A DNA stretch of 64,000 nt from Candidatus Terraquivivens tengchongensis (GCA_023261845.1 JALNJZ010000002.1:96001-160000), one strand, 5' to 3'. Positions 43,506 to 53,099 are shown, counted from the stretch's first letter. Numbers and translations are program-made. Notes: generated by a model not told the origin, from the sequence alone.

Positions 43506-43903
43506 ACGCTATTCTAGAGTTAAGGGGCAGGGTTATAAAAGGAGGAAGGGCCGAAGGCGAAGCATTGGTCTCATCGCAACCGATATCCTTCTACGGAGGC
43601 ATTGACCCTGACACGGGAATAGTTAGGGAAAAGGGGCATGAGTTGGAAGGCAAGAGCGTAGCCGGAAAGGTTTTAATCTTTCCGCATGGGAAAGGTTCAA
43701 CTGTCGGTTCCTACATAATTTACAGGTTGAAGAAAAAGGGCGTAGCACCGAGCGCGATAATAAATCAGAGATGCGAGCCTATAGTTGCCGTTGGTGCGAT
43801 AATAAGTGATATACCTACGATTGATTGTGTTGACATCAGCAATTTTAAGAGTGGTGATTGGATAAAAATAGAGGACGGAAAAATAATTGTAGAACGGCGC
43901 TAG
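43502..43903 (+). CDS. Aconitase X swivel subunit (DUF126), probably phosphomevalonate dehydratase small subunit
   Basis: ISFYGGIDPDTG, GKGSTVGSY, AVGAIISDIP; ATG 43502 overlaps the upstream stop. Confidence 0.9.
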   Translation: MNAILELRGRVIKGGRAEGEALVSSQPISFYGGIDPDTGIVREKGHELEGKSVAGKVLIFPHGKGSTVGSYIIYRLKKKGVAPSAIINQRCEPIVAVGAIISDIPTIDCVDISNFKSGDWIKIEDGKIIVERR

Positions 43904-45036
43904 AGATCACCTATGAAGAACTCTCTGATCTTTTCAGCTATATAGCGTAAGTCATCAGTGGTTACTTTAGGATGTACTGGCAGGGAGAGCACTTCATCAG
44001 AAGCCTCTTCGGACACAGGTAATGAACCTCTCTGGTAGCCGTAAAGTCCCATGTAGAGTGGGTGCAGATGAACTGGGTTTGGCCAATAAATTGCCGCTTC
44101 TATACCGTTTTCCGTGAGATATTTTTGGAGCATGTCTCTCGACTTTTTAGACCCACCACCCCTAACTCTTATTGTGTAAACATAATGTGATGGTTTGACG
44201 TAGGAAGGAAAAGTTGGGGTGATGATGCTAGGTATGCCTTCGAGGTAATCCTTCAGGACTTCCGCATTCCTTGCCCTAATGGCATTTAGCTTCTCGAGCT
44301 TCGAAAGTTGTACAAGACCGATCGCGGCCTCAAATTCTGTCATCCTATAGTTCAGCCCGGGTATCACGGCCATATGCGCCTCTTCCTGACCATGTGTCCT
44401 GAAGAGCCTACACTTCCTGGCATACTCGGCGTCATTTGTAGTTATAATTCCGCCCTCGCCAGTAGTCATGTTCTTGCTGGCGAAGAAACTAAAGCATCCC
44501 ATATGACCGATGCTGCCGATCTTTTTACCTTTGTAAAGCGCTCCATGTGCCTGGGCAGCATCTTCGATAACTATCAGCCCTTTATCCTCAGCGATCTCCA
44601 TTATAGCATCCATTTCGGCAGGACATCCGTAGACATGCACAGGTATTACCGCCTTCGTGTTATCCGTTATAGCGTCTTGAAACTTTTCAGGATCCATGCA
44701 TAGCGTTTCAGGGTCTACGTCCACGAATACAGGTTTTGCGCCCTGGATAAGTACAACGTTTGCCGTAGCCACAAAAGTCATTGCAGGTATTATGACCTCA
44801 TCACCGTGTCCTATGCCACATGCTGCGAGGGCCGTGTGGAGGGCAGCAGTCCCAGAATTTACAGCAATTGCATACTCAACGCCGATGTATGATGCGAAAC
44901 TCCTCTCAAACTCACTAACTCTTTCACCGCTACCGTGCCATGTAGTGAGCATACCCGTCCTGAGAACCTTAGAAACTTCCTCTATCTCTGCTTCATCGAT
45001 TACAGGTTGGTTTATTCGAATCTTTTTATTGACCAA
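43900..45036 (-). CDS. DegT/DnrJ/EryC1/StrS-family PLP aminotransferase
   Basis: NSGTAALH, TFVATAN, EDAAQAHG, SFFASKNMTTGEGG, LSLPVHP. Confidence 0.93.
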   Translation of the reverse strand: MVNKKIRINQPVIDEAEIEEVSKVLRTGMLTTWHGSGERVSEFERSFASYIGVEYAIAVNSGTAALHTALAACGIGHGDEVIIPAMTFVATANVVLIQGAKPVFVDVDPETLCMDPEKFQDAITDNTKAVIPVHVYGCPAEMDAIMEIAEDKGLIVIEDAAQAHGALYKGKKIGSIGHMGCFSFFASKNMTTGEGGIITTNDAEYARKCRLFRTHGQEEAHMAVIPGLNYRMTEFEAAIGLVQLSKLEKLNAIRARNAEVLKDYLEGIPSIITPTFPSYVKPSHYVYTIRVRGGGSKKSRDMLQKYLTENGIEAAIYWPNPVHLHPLYMGLYGYQRGSLPVSEEASDEVLSLPVHPKVTTDDLRYIAEKIREFFIGDL

Positions 45037-45376
45037 GTTCTCTTACACGCCCCAGACAACCTAGTCTAGAGATAGAGTTTCCCCAAATAAATTTAAGATG
45101 AAGCTTGGTTTACAAAATTGTCAATCACAGCGCCGTAGCTCTCGAGAGGTTTTCTGGGCGAAATCAATAATATGTAGGTATGTCCTGCATGTTGTCTAAG
45201 TATTTTAACCTCGACCTGATTGGTTAAATGTAACTAGTACCATCCATAACCTCAAAATTAGATGGGTTATCAAGATTGCGACCATAAATGGTACCAAAGC
45301 GATACAATTTCGATATCCCAAAAATGAGTAACGACAGCAATATCGAGAAGTCCACCTAGACACGTTGAGAAATTGT

Positions 45377-46080
45377 TGTGATATCACATAATGTTATCCA
45401 TATGTTACATGATCACAAATTCCACGGTTTACTGTTTTGTATTAAAAAACGAGTTAAACAAAGGAGTAAGATGACGTCACATAGCGTCAAGGTGCGTAAT
45501 ACAAAAAGACTATCGGAGCAACTCTCACAAGAAAATTATTAATTGTACACAATAATTCCAGTTTACAAAAGTGTAGACTAGGGTGATGCAATTTGGATGC
45601 TACGCTCCTTGATGAGATGAAGCAGTATTGGGAGAATGACGTCATATTCAAGCTACTCAGCGAAAGGTGCTCTCTTACTAAGAAGCAACTCGAGACATTA
45701 TTGATAGATCTATTCTTGGAAAGCAAGGGCATAAAGCTTCCAGTAGAGGAGAAGGCAAAGCTTCGTGGGGTCTCGAAGGGCTCTTTTTTAAGAACCAAGA
45801 AACAAGCAATAGATAACATAACTAGGTCACTTTACACAGTATTGCTGCTGGGCTATCTTGGTCTTTTTGAATTGCCAACATACTCTTGGTTCTTGGAAGC
45901 CTCTGAGACCCTAAACGGCAGAAATCCCGAAGTAATAGCTAGCCTGCTACTTAGGCTTACGGAGGCGAAAAAGTAAAAATGGACACATCAACGGCTGTCT
46001 TTATTGCATTGTTTTTTACACAAACAGCGATATTCTATATGCTATTACGTAGAGCTAGTACGCATACGAGAATGACGTCA
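45377..46080. repeat. Cluster of TGAYRTCA palindromes
   Basis: TGTGATATCACA 45377-45388; TGACGTCA at 45472, 45637 and 46073; first two both continue CATA. Confidence 0.55.
45593..45976 (+). CDS. Conserved archaeal hypothetical protein with HTH-like core
   Basis: SLTKKQLETLLID...EEKAKLRGVSKGSF.RT..QA..NI.RSLYT.LLLGYLG; SD-like GGGTGA before TTG. Confidence 0.65.
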   Translation: MDATLLDEMKQYWENDVIFKLLSERCSLTKKQLETLLIDLFLESKGIKLPVEEKAKLRGVSKGSFLRTKKQAIDNITRSLYTVLLLGYLGLFELPTYSWFLEASETLNGRNPEVIASLLLRLTEAKK

Positions 46081-46410
46081 AATGATGCAATCACAGATGA
46101 GCTGGTAAAGATAAAAGAAGCGCTCAGCAATATAGAGAATAGACTAAGTGCATCAAATTGCACGTTTAATGTTCCTGAAAAAGTAACGGAAGATGACTTT
46201 AACCAAACGTGTTATAGGGTGTTAGAACTTCTAAAAACAGAAGGCCCGTCCTCATCCTCAGAGCTTAGCGTTAAACTCAACCGAAGTCGTGAGCATGTTT
46301 CCAGAATTTTAAAGAACCTCTATACAAAGGGACTCGTCACAAGGACGGGTAAGCCCTTTAAGTATAGAATAACAGACAAAGGCCTTTTATTTCTGGAAAA
46401 CGCTGCATAA
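45979..46410 (+). CDS. Membrane-anchored winged-helix protein (TM - short coiled coil - wHTH)
   Basis: AVFIALFFTQTAIFYMLLRR TM; ELVKIKEALSNIENRL coil; VLELLKTEGP.SSSEL..KL.RSREHVSRILK.LY..GLV.R..KPF.Y.IT.KG. Confidence 0.78.
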   Translation: MDTSTAVFIALFFTQTAIFYMLLRRASTHTRMTSNDAITDELVKIKEALSNIENRLSASNCTFNVPEKVTEDDFNQTCYRVLELLKTEGPSSSSELSVKLNRSREHVSRILKNLYTKGLVTRTGKPFKYRITDKGLLFLENAA

Positions 46411-46443
46411 GATTTTTTAGAAAGGGTTTAGCAAGATAAAGTC

Positions 46444-46564
46444 GGCTTGCCGGCCATAGATGGGGGGAAACGCCCGGACCCATTCCGAACCCGGAAGCTA
46501 AGCCCCCATCGCGTGGAAGTAGTCTGGTGCGAGAGCCCAGGCGAGAGCCACGTGCTGGCAAGCC
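46444..46564 (+). rRNA. rrf: 5S rRNA (stand-alone)
   Basis: Terminal helix GGCTTGCC/GGCAAGCC, GGCCATAG, CCCATTCCGAACCCGGAAGCTAAGC, 121 nt. Confidence 0.95.
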
Positions 46565-46579
46565 ATTGTCCATTATATT

Positions 46580-48076
46580 TTAACGTTTCATGACCTGTAA
46601 CTGTAATGCATAAATCTGTTTTTCGTAAACCCTTCTAATACAGCCTGGGTCTGGCATTAGGTAATCTCCGAAATACCTGTAGGCCCTGGCCCTACAGCCG
46701 CCGCAAATGAACTTATATGAACATATCCCACACCCACCCTTCAGTTTATTCCTGTCCCTAAGCTCGTTAAGAACGCTTGAATTGAGCCATATCTTTTCGA
46801 ATCTTTCATGCCTTAGGTTGCCGAGCTTTATTGGCATGAAGACACACGGCTGTACGTCACCCTCAGGACTTATCGCCGCATAAACTCTGCCTGCGCCGCA
46901 ACCGCCAATGAACTCTGCAACTTCTGGTGTTATGCCAGGAATATTCGCATAGTGGGTCGTGGGAATTACGGGTTCAATACATGGAATTGTTAGGTTAGCT
47001 GCGCAAATCTCCTTCATAATTTCCTCTTTCATCTCCAGTCCAACTCTAGCAAACTGGGGCGCTGTTGTATAGATTTTTAACTTCTTGTTTTGAAGCATGT
47101 TGAAAACTAACCTCTTATACAAGTATCTCATAAGTTCTTCCCTTTCATACGGTGACGGGTCATTGTCTAAGATTCCCGTGGCCCTACCAGTCGGTATAAA
47201 ATTAAAACATATGAAATAGTCGGCCCCAAGTTCCTCGACAAAGTCAACCATTTTTTGTACCTCTTGTATGTTATGTTTGGTTACAGTTGTGGCAACGCCT
47301 ACCGTAACGCCCTCTTCTGCCAAGTATTTAATTGCAGAAACCGCTCTGTCCCAGCTATTAGGAATCCCCCTAAACTCGTCGTGCGTTTTTGGGTTTATCC
47401 CGTCTAGGCTTATTTCTGCATAGTGAATGGTTTTGGCGAGCCTCTTAGCGACATCCTTCGTTATGAGTGTACCATTTGAGGCAATCGTTACATACATACC
47501 ATGATCTCTTGCACTGCTTGCAACCTCGAAGAAATCTTGCCTAACAAGTGGCTCCCCTCCTGAAAATGCAATAGAAGTGACGTCTGCATCTGAAAGTTCA
47601 TTAACAACACGAAGCGCCTCGTTTGTCGTAAGCTCCGTTGGTAAGCTTACACTGGCGTTTTGATAACAATGTTTGCATCTAAGGTTGCATCTGTTCGTAA
47701 AGTTCCAAACGACAAAGAGCGGCGCACCTGTGACGAAAGGTTTCGTTGCACCAAACCAGGCCAAACCCTTTATAGTTGACGTCAGCCCCTTTCTCCAGTA
47801 CGATACGCTTAAAGCCTTGACCAATGCGTCTTGGTTAGCATTTAGTGCTTTCAAAGTGACAAAAGTAAAAAATTTAAGCGCAGAAACGATTGACGTACAT
47901 ACGATGCACTTCTTTTGTTTAATCCCTAAGCATTCATCGAAAAATATGTCTATGGGTCTCTTACCACACCTATTGCATTTTTCTAGACTCTTCTTTATTA
48001 ATGCTCTTGGCTGTGAACTTGAAAGAATAATGCGTATGGCATTGAAGCCAAGCGAAATCGGTACGCTACTCATCAA
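46580..48076 (-). CDS. Radical SAM protein with SPASM domain
   Basis: CNLRCKHC, FSGGEP, CGAGR..., CGICSYKFICGGCRARA, DPGC; extra N-terminal CxxC...CxxC. Confidence 0.9.
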   Translation of the reverse strand: MMSSVPISLGFNAIRIILSSSQPRALIKKSLEKCNRCGKRPIDIFFDECLGIKQKKCIVCTSIVSALKFFTFVTLKALNANQDALVKALSVSYWRKGLTSTIKGLAWFGATKPFVTGAPLFVVWNFTNRCNLRCKHCYQNASVSLPTELTTNEALRVVNELSDADVTSIAFSGGEPLVRQDFFEVASSARDHGMYVTIASNGTLITKDVAKRLAKTIHYAEISLDGINPKTHDEFRGIPNSWDRAVSAIKYLAEEGVTVGVATTVTKHNIQEVQKMVDFVEELGADYFICFNFIPTGRATGILDNDPSPYEREELMRYLYKRLVFNMLQNKKLKIYTTAPQFARVGLEMKEEIMKEICAANLTIPCIEPVIPTTHYANIPGITPEVAEFIGGCGAGRVYAAISPEGDVQPCVFMPIKLGNLRHERFEKIWLNSSVLNELRDRNKLKGGCGICSYKFICGGCRARAYRYFGDYLMPDPGCIRRVYEKQIYALQLQVMKR

Positions 48077-48156
48077 GTTATTACAGGTTTTAGGAGTAAA
48101 AATAAGTTTTCCATATTTTTTAACGGTGAAAAATCTAATTAAAAAATAGAATGAAA

Positions 48157-48579
48157 TTAAATGATGGTTACGCTCTCTTCACGAAACTCCTTGTTTTTCT
48201 CATCAAAAATCCATGCAGTAACCTCTTTAGCCCCCTTATTATATATGGACACGATAAGGTAGCTCATGGAGGGCCAGGCGACTTCTGCATCGTAGGCCGA
48301 CGGTCTTGCGGGGTAGTCAGGATGGGAGTGATACACTCCGATGAGCATCAGTCCGTGCTTTTCAGCATCTTTCTCCACATTGTATATATCTAATGGGTCA
48401 ACCACATATCTCCTTCTCCTATCCCCCATGTAAACGTTTTTACTCCTGACAACTTTAGCAATAACTTTTCTTTCGTCTTCCTTTCTTCCTACCAGAAGCC
48501 CACAACACTCTTCAGGATAGGTCTCTAAAGCGTGCCTGATAACCTCATCCAGATCGGCTTTGCTTATTACGAGTGTCAA
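48157..48579 (-). CDS. JAMM/MPN+ metallopeptidase (Mec-like, M67 family)
   Basis: YPEECCGLL, GVYHSHPD.PARPS.YD. Confidence 0.9.
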   Translation of the reverse strand: MTLVISKADLDEVIRHALETYPEECCGLLVGRKEDERKVIAKVVRSKNVYMGDRRRRYVVDPLDIYNVEKDAEKHGLMLIGVYHSHPDYPARPSAYDAEVAWPSMSYLIVSIYNKGAKEVTAWIFDEKNKEFREESVTII

Positions 48580-48623
48580 CCCTTTAACGGAATGCTACAG
48601 TAATATATATTCTAAAATGTGGG

Positions 48624-49604
48624 TTATGTCTGGAACTCTTCCCTCCAGAAGCGCTCCTCAACATATCTCTCGCCTCCGTCAGGAAAGATGACTACCAACG
48701 TCCCCTCCTCTAACTCTCTGGCTATTTTTATACCGGCGGCGAGCGCGGCACCAGACGATATGCCGACAAGCATCCCTTCGACCCTTGCAAGCTTTTTGAC
48801 CATCTCATAAGCCTCACTCGTGGATACGCTTATACACATGTCGCTGAAGTTTTCATCATATATCTTCGGTTTGATACTCGTAGCCATATGTTTCAACCCC
48901 TCAATTCCATGAAAACCTGAATCTGGTTGAACCTCCACGAGCTTTATACCCGGATTAAATTCTTTTAACCTCCTTCCAACCCCCATGAGCGTTCCAGACG
49001 TCCCAACACCAGCAACAAAATGTGTCAACCTTCCATTAGTTTGCTTTATGATCTCAGGACCCGTCGTTGTGTAGTGAGCCAACCAGTTTGCTTCGTTGTC
49101 ATATTGATTCGCATAAAAGTATGCTTTTGGATCTTGTTCGTATAGTTCATGGGCTTTTTTAATTGCACCGTTTAACCCGTCAACAGGGTTTGTAAATATG
49201 ACTTCGGCTCCATAGGTCTTCATAATAGCGACCTTCTTAGTGTTAGCGTTCGCTGGAACCAGCATCTTGCATCTATAGCCGAGGGTCGCAGCAATCATCG
49301 AATAAGAAATTCCCATGTTGCCGGAAGTGGCATCGAGGATTGTTTTGTCAGGTGTTAGAGCCCCGTCCTTTATGGCACTTAAAATTATGTTCAGCGCAGC
49401 CCTGTCCTTGACGGAGCCTCCTGGGTTGAAAAACTCGAGCTTAGCGTAAATCTTAACACGATCCTTTACACCATATTGCGCTGGTAATTTTTCAATCCTA
49501 CAAAGTGGTGTATTGCCGACGAGTTTTAGAGGTTTATCATAAACCCTAAGATGATGCGTATTGTAATCGGCTTGGACCCATGAATTGAGTCGTTTAACCG
49601 ACAC
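48624..49604 (-). CDS. PLP-dependent cysteine synthase (CysM-like)
   Basis: VGNTPL, NPGGSVKDRAA, ATSGNMG, NQY.N, GTSGTLMG, GISSGAA. Confidence 0.9.
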   Translation of the reverse strand: MSVKRLNSWVQADYNTHHLRVYDKPLKLVGNTPLCRIEKLPAQYGVKDRVKIYAKLEFFNPGGSVKDRAALNIILSAIKDGALTPDKTILDATSGNMGISYSMIAATLGYRCKMLVPANANTKKVAIMKTYGAEVIFTNPVDGLNGAIKKAHELYEQDPKAYFYANQYDNEANWLAHYTTTGPEIIKQTNGRLTHFVAGVGTSGTLMGVGRRLKEFNPGIKLVEVQPDSGFHGIEGLKHMATSIKPKIYDENFSDMCISVSTSEAYEMVKKLARVEGMLVGISSGAALAAGIKIARELEEGTLVVIFPDGGERYVEERFWREEFQT

Positions 49605-49684
49605 AAAAGACCAGTCGCCTCCTCTTTCATTGAGCCTTTAGCTCTCTGCCTAATAAACATACATTTGACCGAGTTCTGGTCAAT

Positions 49685-49993
49685 TCACCGCTTTTCAGTA
49701 GCTTTTTTCGCTTTCATTTTCATCTCTATGTTGGCAATCTTCTTCTCACACTCAGCTACAACAAACCTCTTTCGCGAGAAGACAAAGTGAAAGGCGAGTC
49801 CTATGCCCCAACCGAATAAAGGCCATACGAACCATATTGTCGCAGGAGATGTATAAAGGTTAATGAATACCAAGAAAACGTTAACTATTATATAGGAAGC
49901 TAAATGGGATAAAAAACCCCGATTGGCCTCCTCTAACTCGAACTCTATCCAAGCTTTCTTAAAATCTTCTAATGCCTCTTCGGATGCGTTCAT
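49685..49993 (-). CDS. 2TM-domain membrane protein
   Basis: GFLSHLASYIIVNVFLVFINL...WFVWPLFGWGIGLAFH. Confidence 0.85.
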   Translation of the reverse strand: MNASEEALEDFKKAWIEFELEEANRGFLSHLASYIIVNVFLVFINLYTSPATIWFVWPLFGWGIGLAFHFVFSRKRFVVAECEKKIANIEMKMKAKKATEKR

Positions 49994-50065
49994 GAAATCT
50001 AACAGGAATTAATCGGATAAAAGCCTTCTTGTTTTTATGGGGTATACAAATATTGCCTCCCACCC

Positions 50066-50698
50066 TTACTCATAACCAAATTGATAAAGTATCATAGAAG
50101 AGCTTAGGATTTTTGTTCGCATCTGAGAAGGGAGCAGGAAAGAATCTCCCGGTTTTATGTCACAACTCCTGCCTTCAACTTCGATTGTGCCGTTACCTTC
50201 GACAACAAAGCATATTAGCTCTTTATCCTGATTGGACGGTATGTATTCTCCGTTAAACTTAACAATATCGTGGAACAAGCGCATATAGTTCGGCGAGAGC
50301 CTCCCATAGAAATTTTGTCCGAGACTCCTGACCCCTTCAAGAGTCTTATACAAATCTCTTCCACCAATCTCATCGATATTGTTAAAGGTTTCTTCAGGAA
50401 AATCTTTCTCGATCAACTCTATGTCTTGGACAAAATCCCATGGTCCAGTCTCTTCAGAGCCGCATACGAATAGGAATTCAACTTCGCACCCCTCTTTATT
50501 TTTGAACCCATGGACCTGCCCTCTCTTTATATAAAGGATATCGGTCTGCGTGGTTCTAGATACTTTACCGTCAAGATAATGTAGCCCGTCTATGTATTCC
50601 GGTAAAAAGTGGTGCTCATCAAGAAAACGGTGGTAATGAAGTGGAGCTCTATCCTTTACCTTAACAACGTAAAGACCTATGAATTCGCTAGCAATCAT
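50066..50698 (-). CDS. Cupin-fold protein (two cupin-like motifs)
   Basis: PLHYH..LDEHH...GQVHGF; ELICFVVEGNG.I.V......IKPGDSFLLP. Confidence 0.65.
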   Translation of the reverse strand: MIASEFIGLYVVKVKDRAPLHYHRFLDEHHFLPEYIDGLHYLDGKVSRTTQTDILYIKRGQVHGFKNKEGCEVEFLFVCGSEETGPWDFVQDIELIEKDFPEETFNNIDEIGGRDLYKTLEGVRSLGQNFYGRLSPNYMRLFHDIVKFNGEYIPSNQDKELICFVVEGNGTIEVEGRSCDIKPGDSFLLPSQMRTKILSSSMILYQFGYE

Positions 50699-51197
50699 TT
50701 TGGTAAAGTGTGAAATGGTGTTCTGGGACGTTTTTCCAGTTAACTATATATGTGCCGTTTCCTAATGTAATTTGTTCGACCGAACTCAGAAAGTTTTCAT
50801 GGATGTTTTTTAAGACCGCATGGTCGTCCTTTACAGAAGATAAATCATCCTCAACGAGGTTTAGGGCTTGAACGTATTGATGGAGCATTGGGAAAACTCT
50901 ATGATCTTTATACGCTTGGTGGTATCTTGCAGAGTGTAGCAAGGCAAGCCCCCTGAGAACGGTTTCGATGTCTCGTTTGTGAGCTTGTATCTCGCCTGCC
51001 TCTACCATCTTTTGGATTAGACTCATTATAGGTCTATAAACGTCCAAACTCCTAAAAGCGCTCACATAAAGCCTGGCATATTGAATTTGGTTTTTTACAG
51101 GCTTTAAGGTCCTAGAATTTACGAATTCTTCCGCAGCCTTTACGACATCCTTAAACTCTGCAGAACCCCTCATCAACGTTAGAATATTTATTGCCAA
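50688..51197 (-). CDS. Hypothetical protein (possibly the N-terminal part of the downstream cupin gene)
   Basis: 169-codon ORF overlapping the next gene by 11 nt; no recognised motif. Confidence 0.55.
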   Translation of the reverse strand: MAINILTLMRGSAEFKDVVKAAEEFVNSRTLKPVKNQIQYARLYVSAFRSLDVYRPIMSLIQKMVEAGEIQAHKRDIETVLRGLALLHSARYHQAYKDHRVFPMLHQYVQALNLVEDDLSSVKDDHAVLKNIHENFLSSVEQITLGNGTYIVNWKNVPEHHFTLYQNDC

Positions 51198-51236
51198 TTA
51201 AAAGTGTTTCATGAAAAACAATATAAAAAGAGATAA

Positions 51237-52127
51237 TCAATCAAACTGAACCCTTACGCCCTCTTTTCCACTTCTTATGATTTTCTCGAACTCTTGCATG
51301 ATCTTTTTAGTTATCGGTCCTGGTACCCCGTCCCCAATTTGTATTCCGTTTATTTTAACGACTGGCAGTATCTCAGCGCCAGTTCCTGTCAAGAAGACTT
51401 CCTCTGCAGTAATTAATTCAAAAGGTGTTATGTCCCTTTCTACAATCTCCATTCCGAGTTCACGTATCAACTTCATAACCCTCCTTCTTGTTACGCCGTC
51501 TAGGATGCCCGCTGTTGGTGGCGGTGTAGCTATAGCGCCGTTCTTAACGATGAAAAGGTTTGCCGCCTCTGCCTCCGAAACAAACCCTCTACTATCAAGC
51601 ATGATAGCCATATCGGCACCAGCCTCGATTGCCTCTAACTTCGCGAGTATGCTGTTGAGGTAGTTTAACGACTTAACTTCGTGTGTAGTCGCCGAGACTG
51701 AATCCCTTCTCGTTGATGTTATGATCGCGGATATGCCCCTCTCTTTAGCGACTCCACCTACCAACTGTATCTGCTCAACTATAATTATTATGCTTGGTTT
51801 GGAGCATTTTCTAGGGTCTAGGCCTAAGTCACCTACGCCTCTGGTCACGACGAGTCTAATGTAAGAATCCTTAACACGGTTCCTCTTAACGGTCTCGACA
51901 ACGGCAGCTATCATTTCCTCCTTCGAAATGGGTATGTTAAGTTTGATGAACTTTGCTGAGTTGTACAACCTGTCTATGTGTTCCTTTAACAGAAATATTG
52001 TGCCATCGTAAACTCTTATACCCTCAAAGACACCGTCCCCATAAAGTAACCCATGGTCGTATACGGAAATTTTTGCCTCAGATTTCGGATAAAACTTCCC
52101 ATCAATATAAACTAATGGCTCGCTCAC
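51237..52127 (-). CDS. ilvE: Branched-chain amino acid aminotransferase (class IV PLP)
   Basis: DHGLLYGDGVFEG, YIRLVVTRG, KSLNYLNS, ILDGVTR, FLTGT.AEI.PV. Confidence 0.93.
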   Translation of the reverse strand: MSEPLVYIDGKFYPKSEAKISVYDHGLLYGDGVFEGIRVYDGTIFLLKEHIDRLYNSAKFIKLNIPISKEEMIAAVVETVKRNRVKDSYIRLVVTRGVGDLGLDPRKCSKPSIIIIVEQIQLVGGVAKERGISAIITSTRRDSVSATTHEVKSLNYLNSILAKLEAIEAGADMAIMLDSRGFVSEAEAANLFIVKNGAIATPPPTAGILDGVTRRRVMKLIRELGMEIVERDITPFELITAEEVFLTGTGAEILPVVKINGIQIGDGVPGPITKKIMQEFEKIIRSGKEGVRVQFD

Positions 52128-52255
52128 ATCCGCTCACATATGCTGTTCTTACTTCATGTTATATAAATTGTTACATAACTTTACTACTCGGCCTTAGTGC
52201 AACTTGCATGATGTGCACTTTAAGACTTTTTAAATAATCGTGACAATAAAACGTT

Positions 52256-52993
52256 TTACATAACGCCTGGCGGTACGTCTGTTCTAGTTCTCGGTTGCTT
52301 GAATTCTTCAACTCTCTTAAGCGAGCTAATGTAGAACTCAACCTTCTTTACCTGCTCCTCGAGCCTTGTGTAGTCTAGATGTTCAATCCTCAAAGCGGCG
52401 GAGAGTCTTTTCAACACTTCTATTGAAGCCCTAGGTTGTGCTATATCAGGTCTTTCTATCTCTCCAAGAAAACACACGCCTTCGATATTGCGCTGTGCTG
52501 CCAAACCTAACAATAGGCCGTTAAAGCCAGTTATGTACCCTTCGCCCCTCATTTGTTGTGCCCCATAAGATTCTACCTCCTCGTTAAGCCTAGCGTCTGT
52601 TACAGCATAAAAAACCCTTGGCTCTGGTGCTGATACGCCGGTGTGTGCCGCTCCTAATGTGTATATTCTTCTAACACCTAAACTGACTGCTAAATCTAAC
52701 AAATCGTCACACAATTCATACAATACATGGGGGTCCTGAGGCTGATAAAATCCTGTAAAAACAGCAAAATCTCTTCCGCCCCAATACAGTTTGAAAGAAA
52801 ACCTTTCAAACTGTATAAGAGAATTTTTGTGAAGGACATATGGTGGCATATAATCTAGTATCTCTGCTATTGGTTCCATCTTCAATTCCTCTATGAGATA
52901 TGCTGCTGCAATACCGCCTACGTTGCCCATCCCAGGAAGCGCTGCGACTAACGATTTGACAGTGACTCCCTTTTTCAATACGTTCACTTCCAA
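52256..52993 (-). CDS. PAC2-family (proteasome assembly chaperone-like) protein
   Basis: LPGMGNVG.IA..YL, QP, YTLG, G.ITGFNGLLLG, C.LGE; start uncertain (TTG 52993 chosen). Confidence 0.8.
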   Translation of the reverse strand: MEVNVLKKGVTVKSLVAALPGMGNVGGIAAAYLIEELKMEPIAEILDYMPPYVLHKNSLIQFERFSFKLYWGGRDFAVFTGFYQPQDPHVLYELCDDLLDLAVSLGVRRIYTLGAAHTGVSAPEPRVFYAVTDARLNEEVESYGAQQMRGEGYITGFNGLLLGLAAQRNIEGVCFLGEIERPDIAQPRASIEVLKRLSAALRIEHLDYTRLEEQVKKVEFYISSLKRVEEFKQPRTRTDVPPGVM

Positions 52994-53099
52994 GCCTATC
53001 TCGCGCCCTTTAGTAGGAACAACACGCGCTCCTAATAGAGTTTGCCTAAGAACCACTCAGCTAACGTTTATTAGACCCTTAACCTAGAAAAATGATGAT

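Noticed and set aside
45037-45592. Long gap as a second Orc1-type origin, CRISPR array or coding region (45205-45387, 45487-45819)
   Set aside because: No ORB with G-string, no regularly spaced direct repeats, and the short ORFs lack protein-like features.
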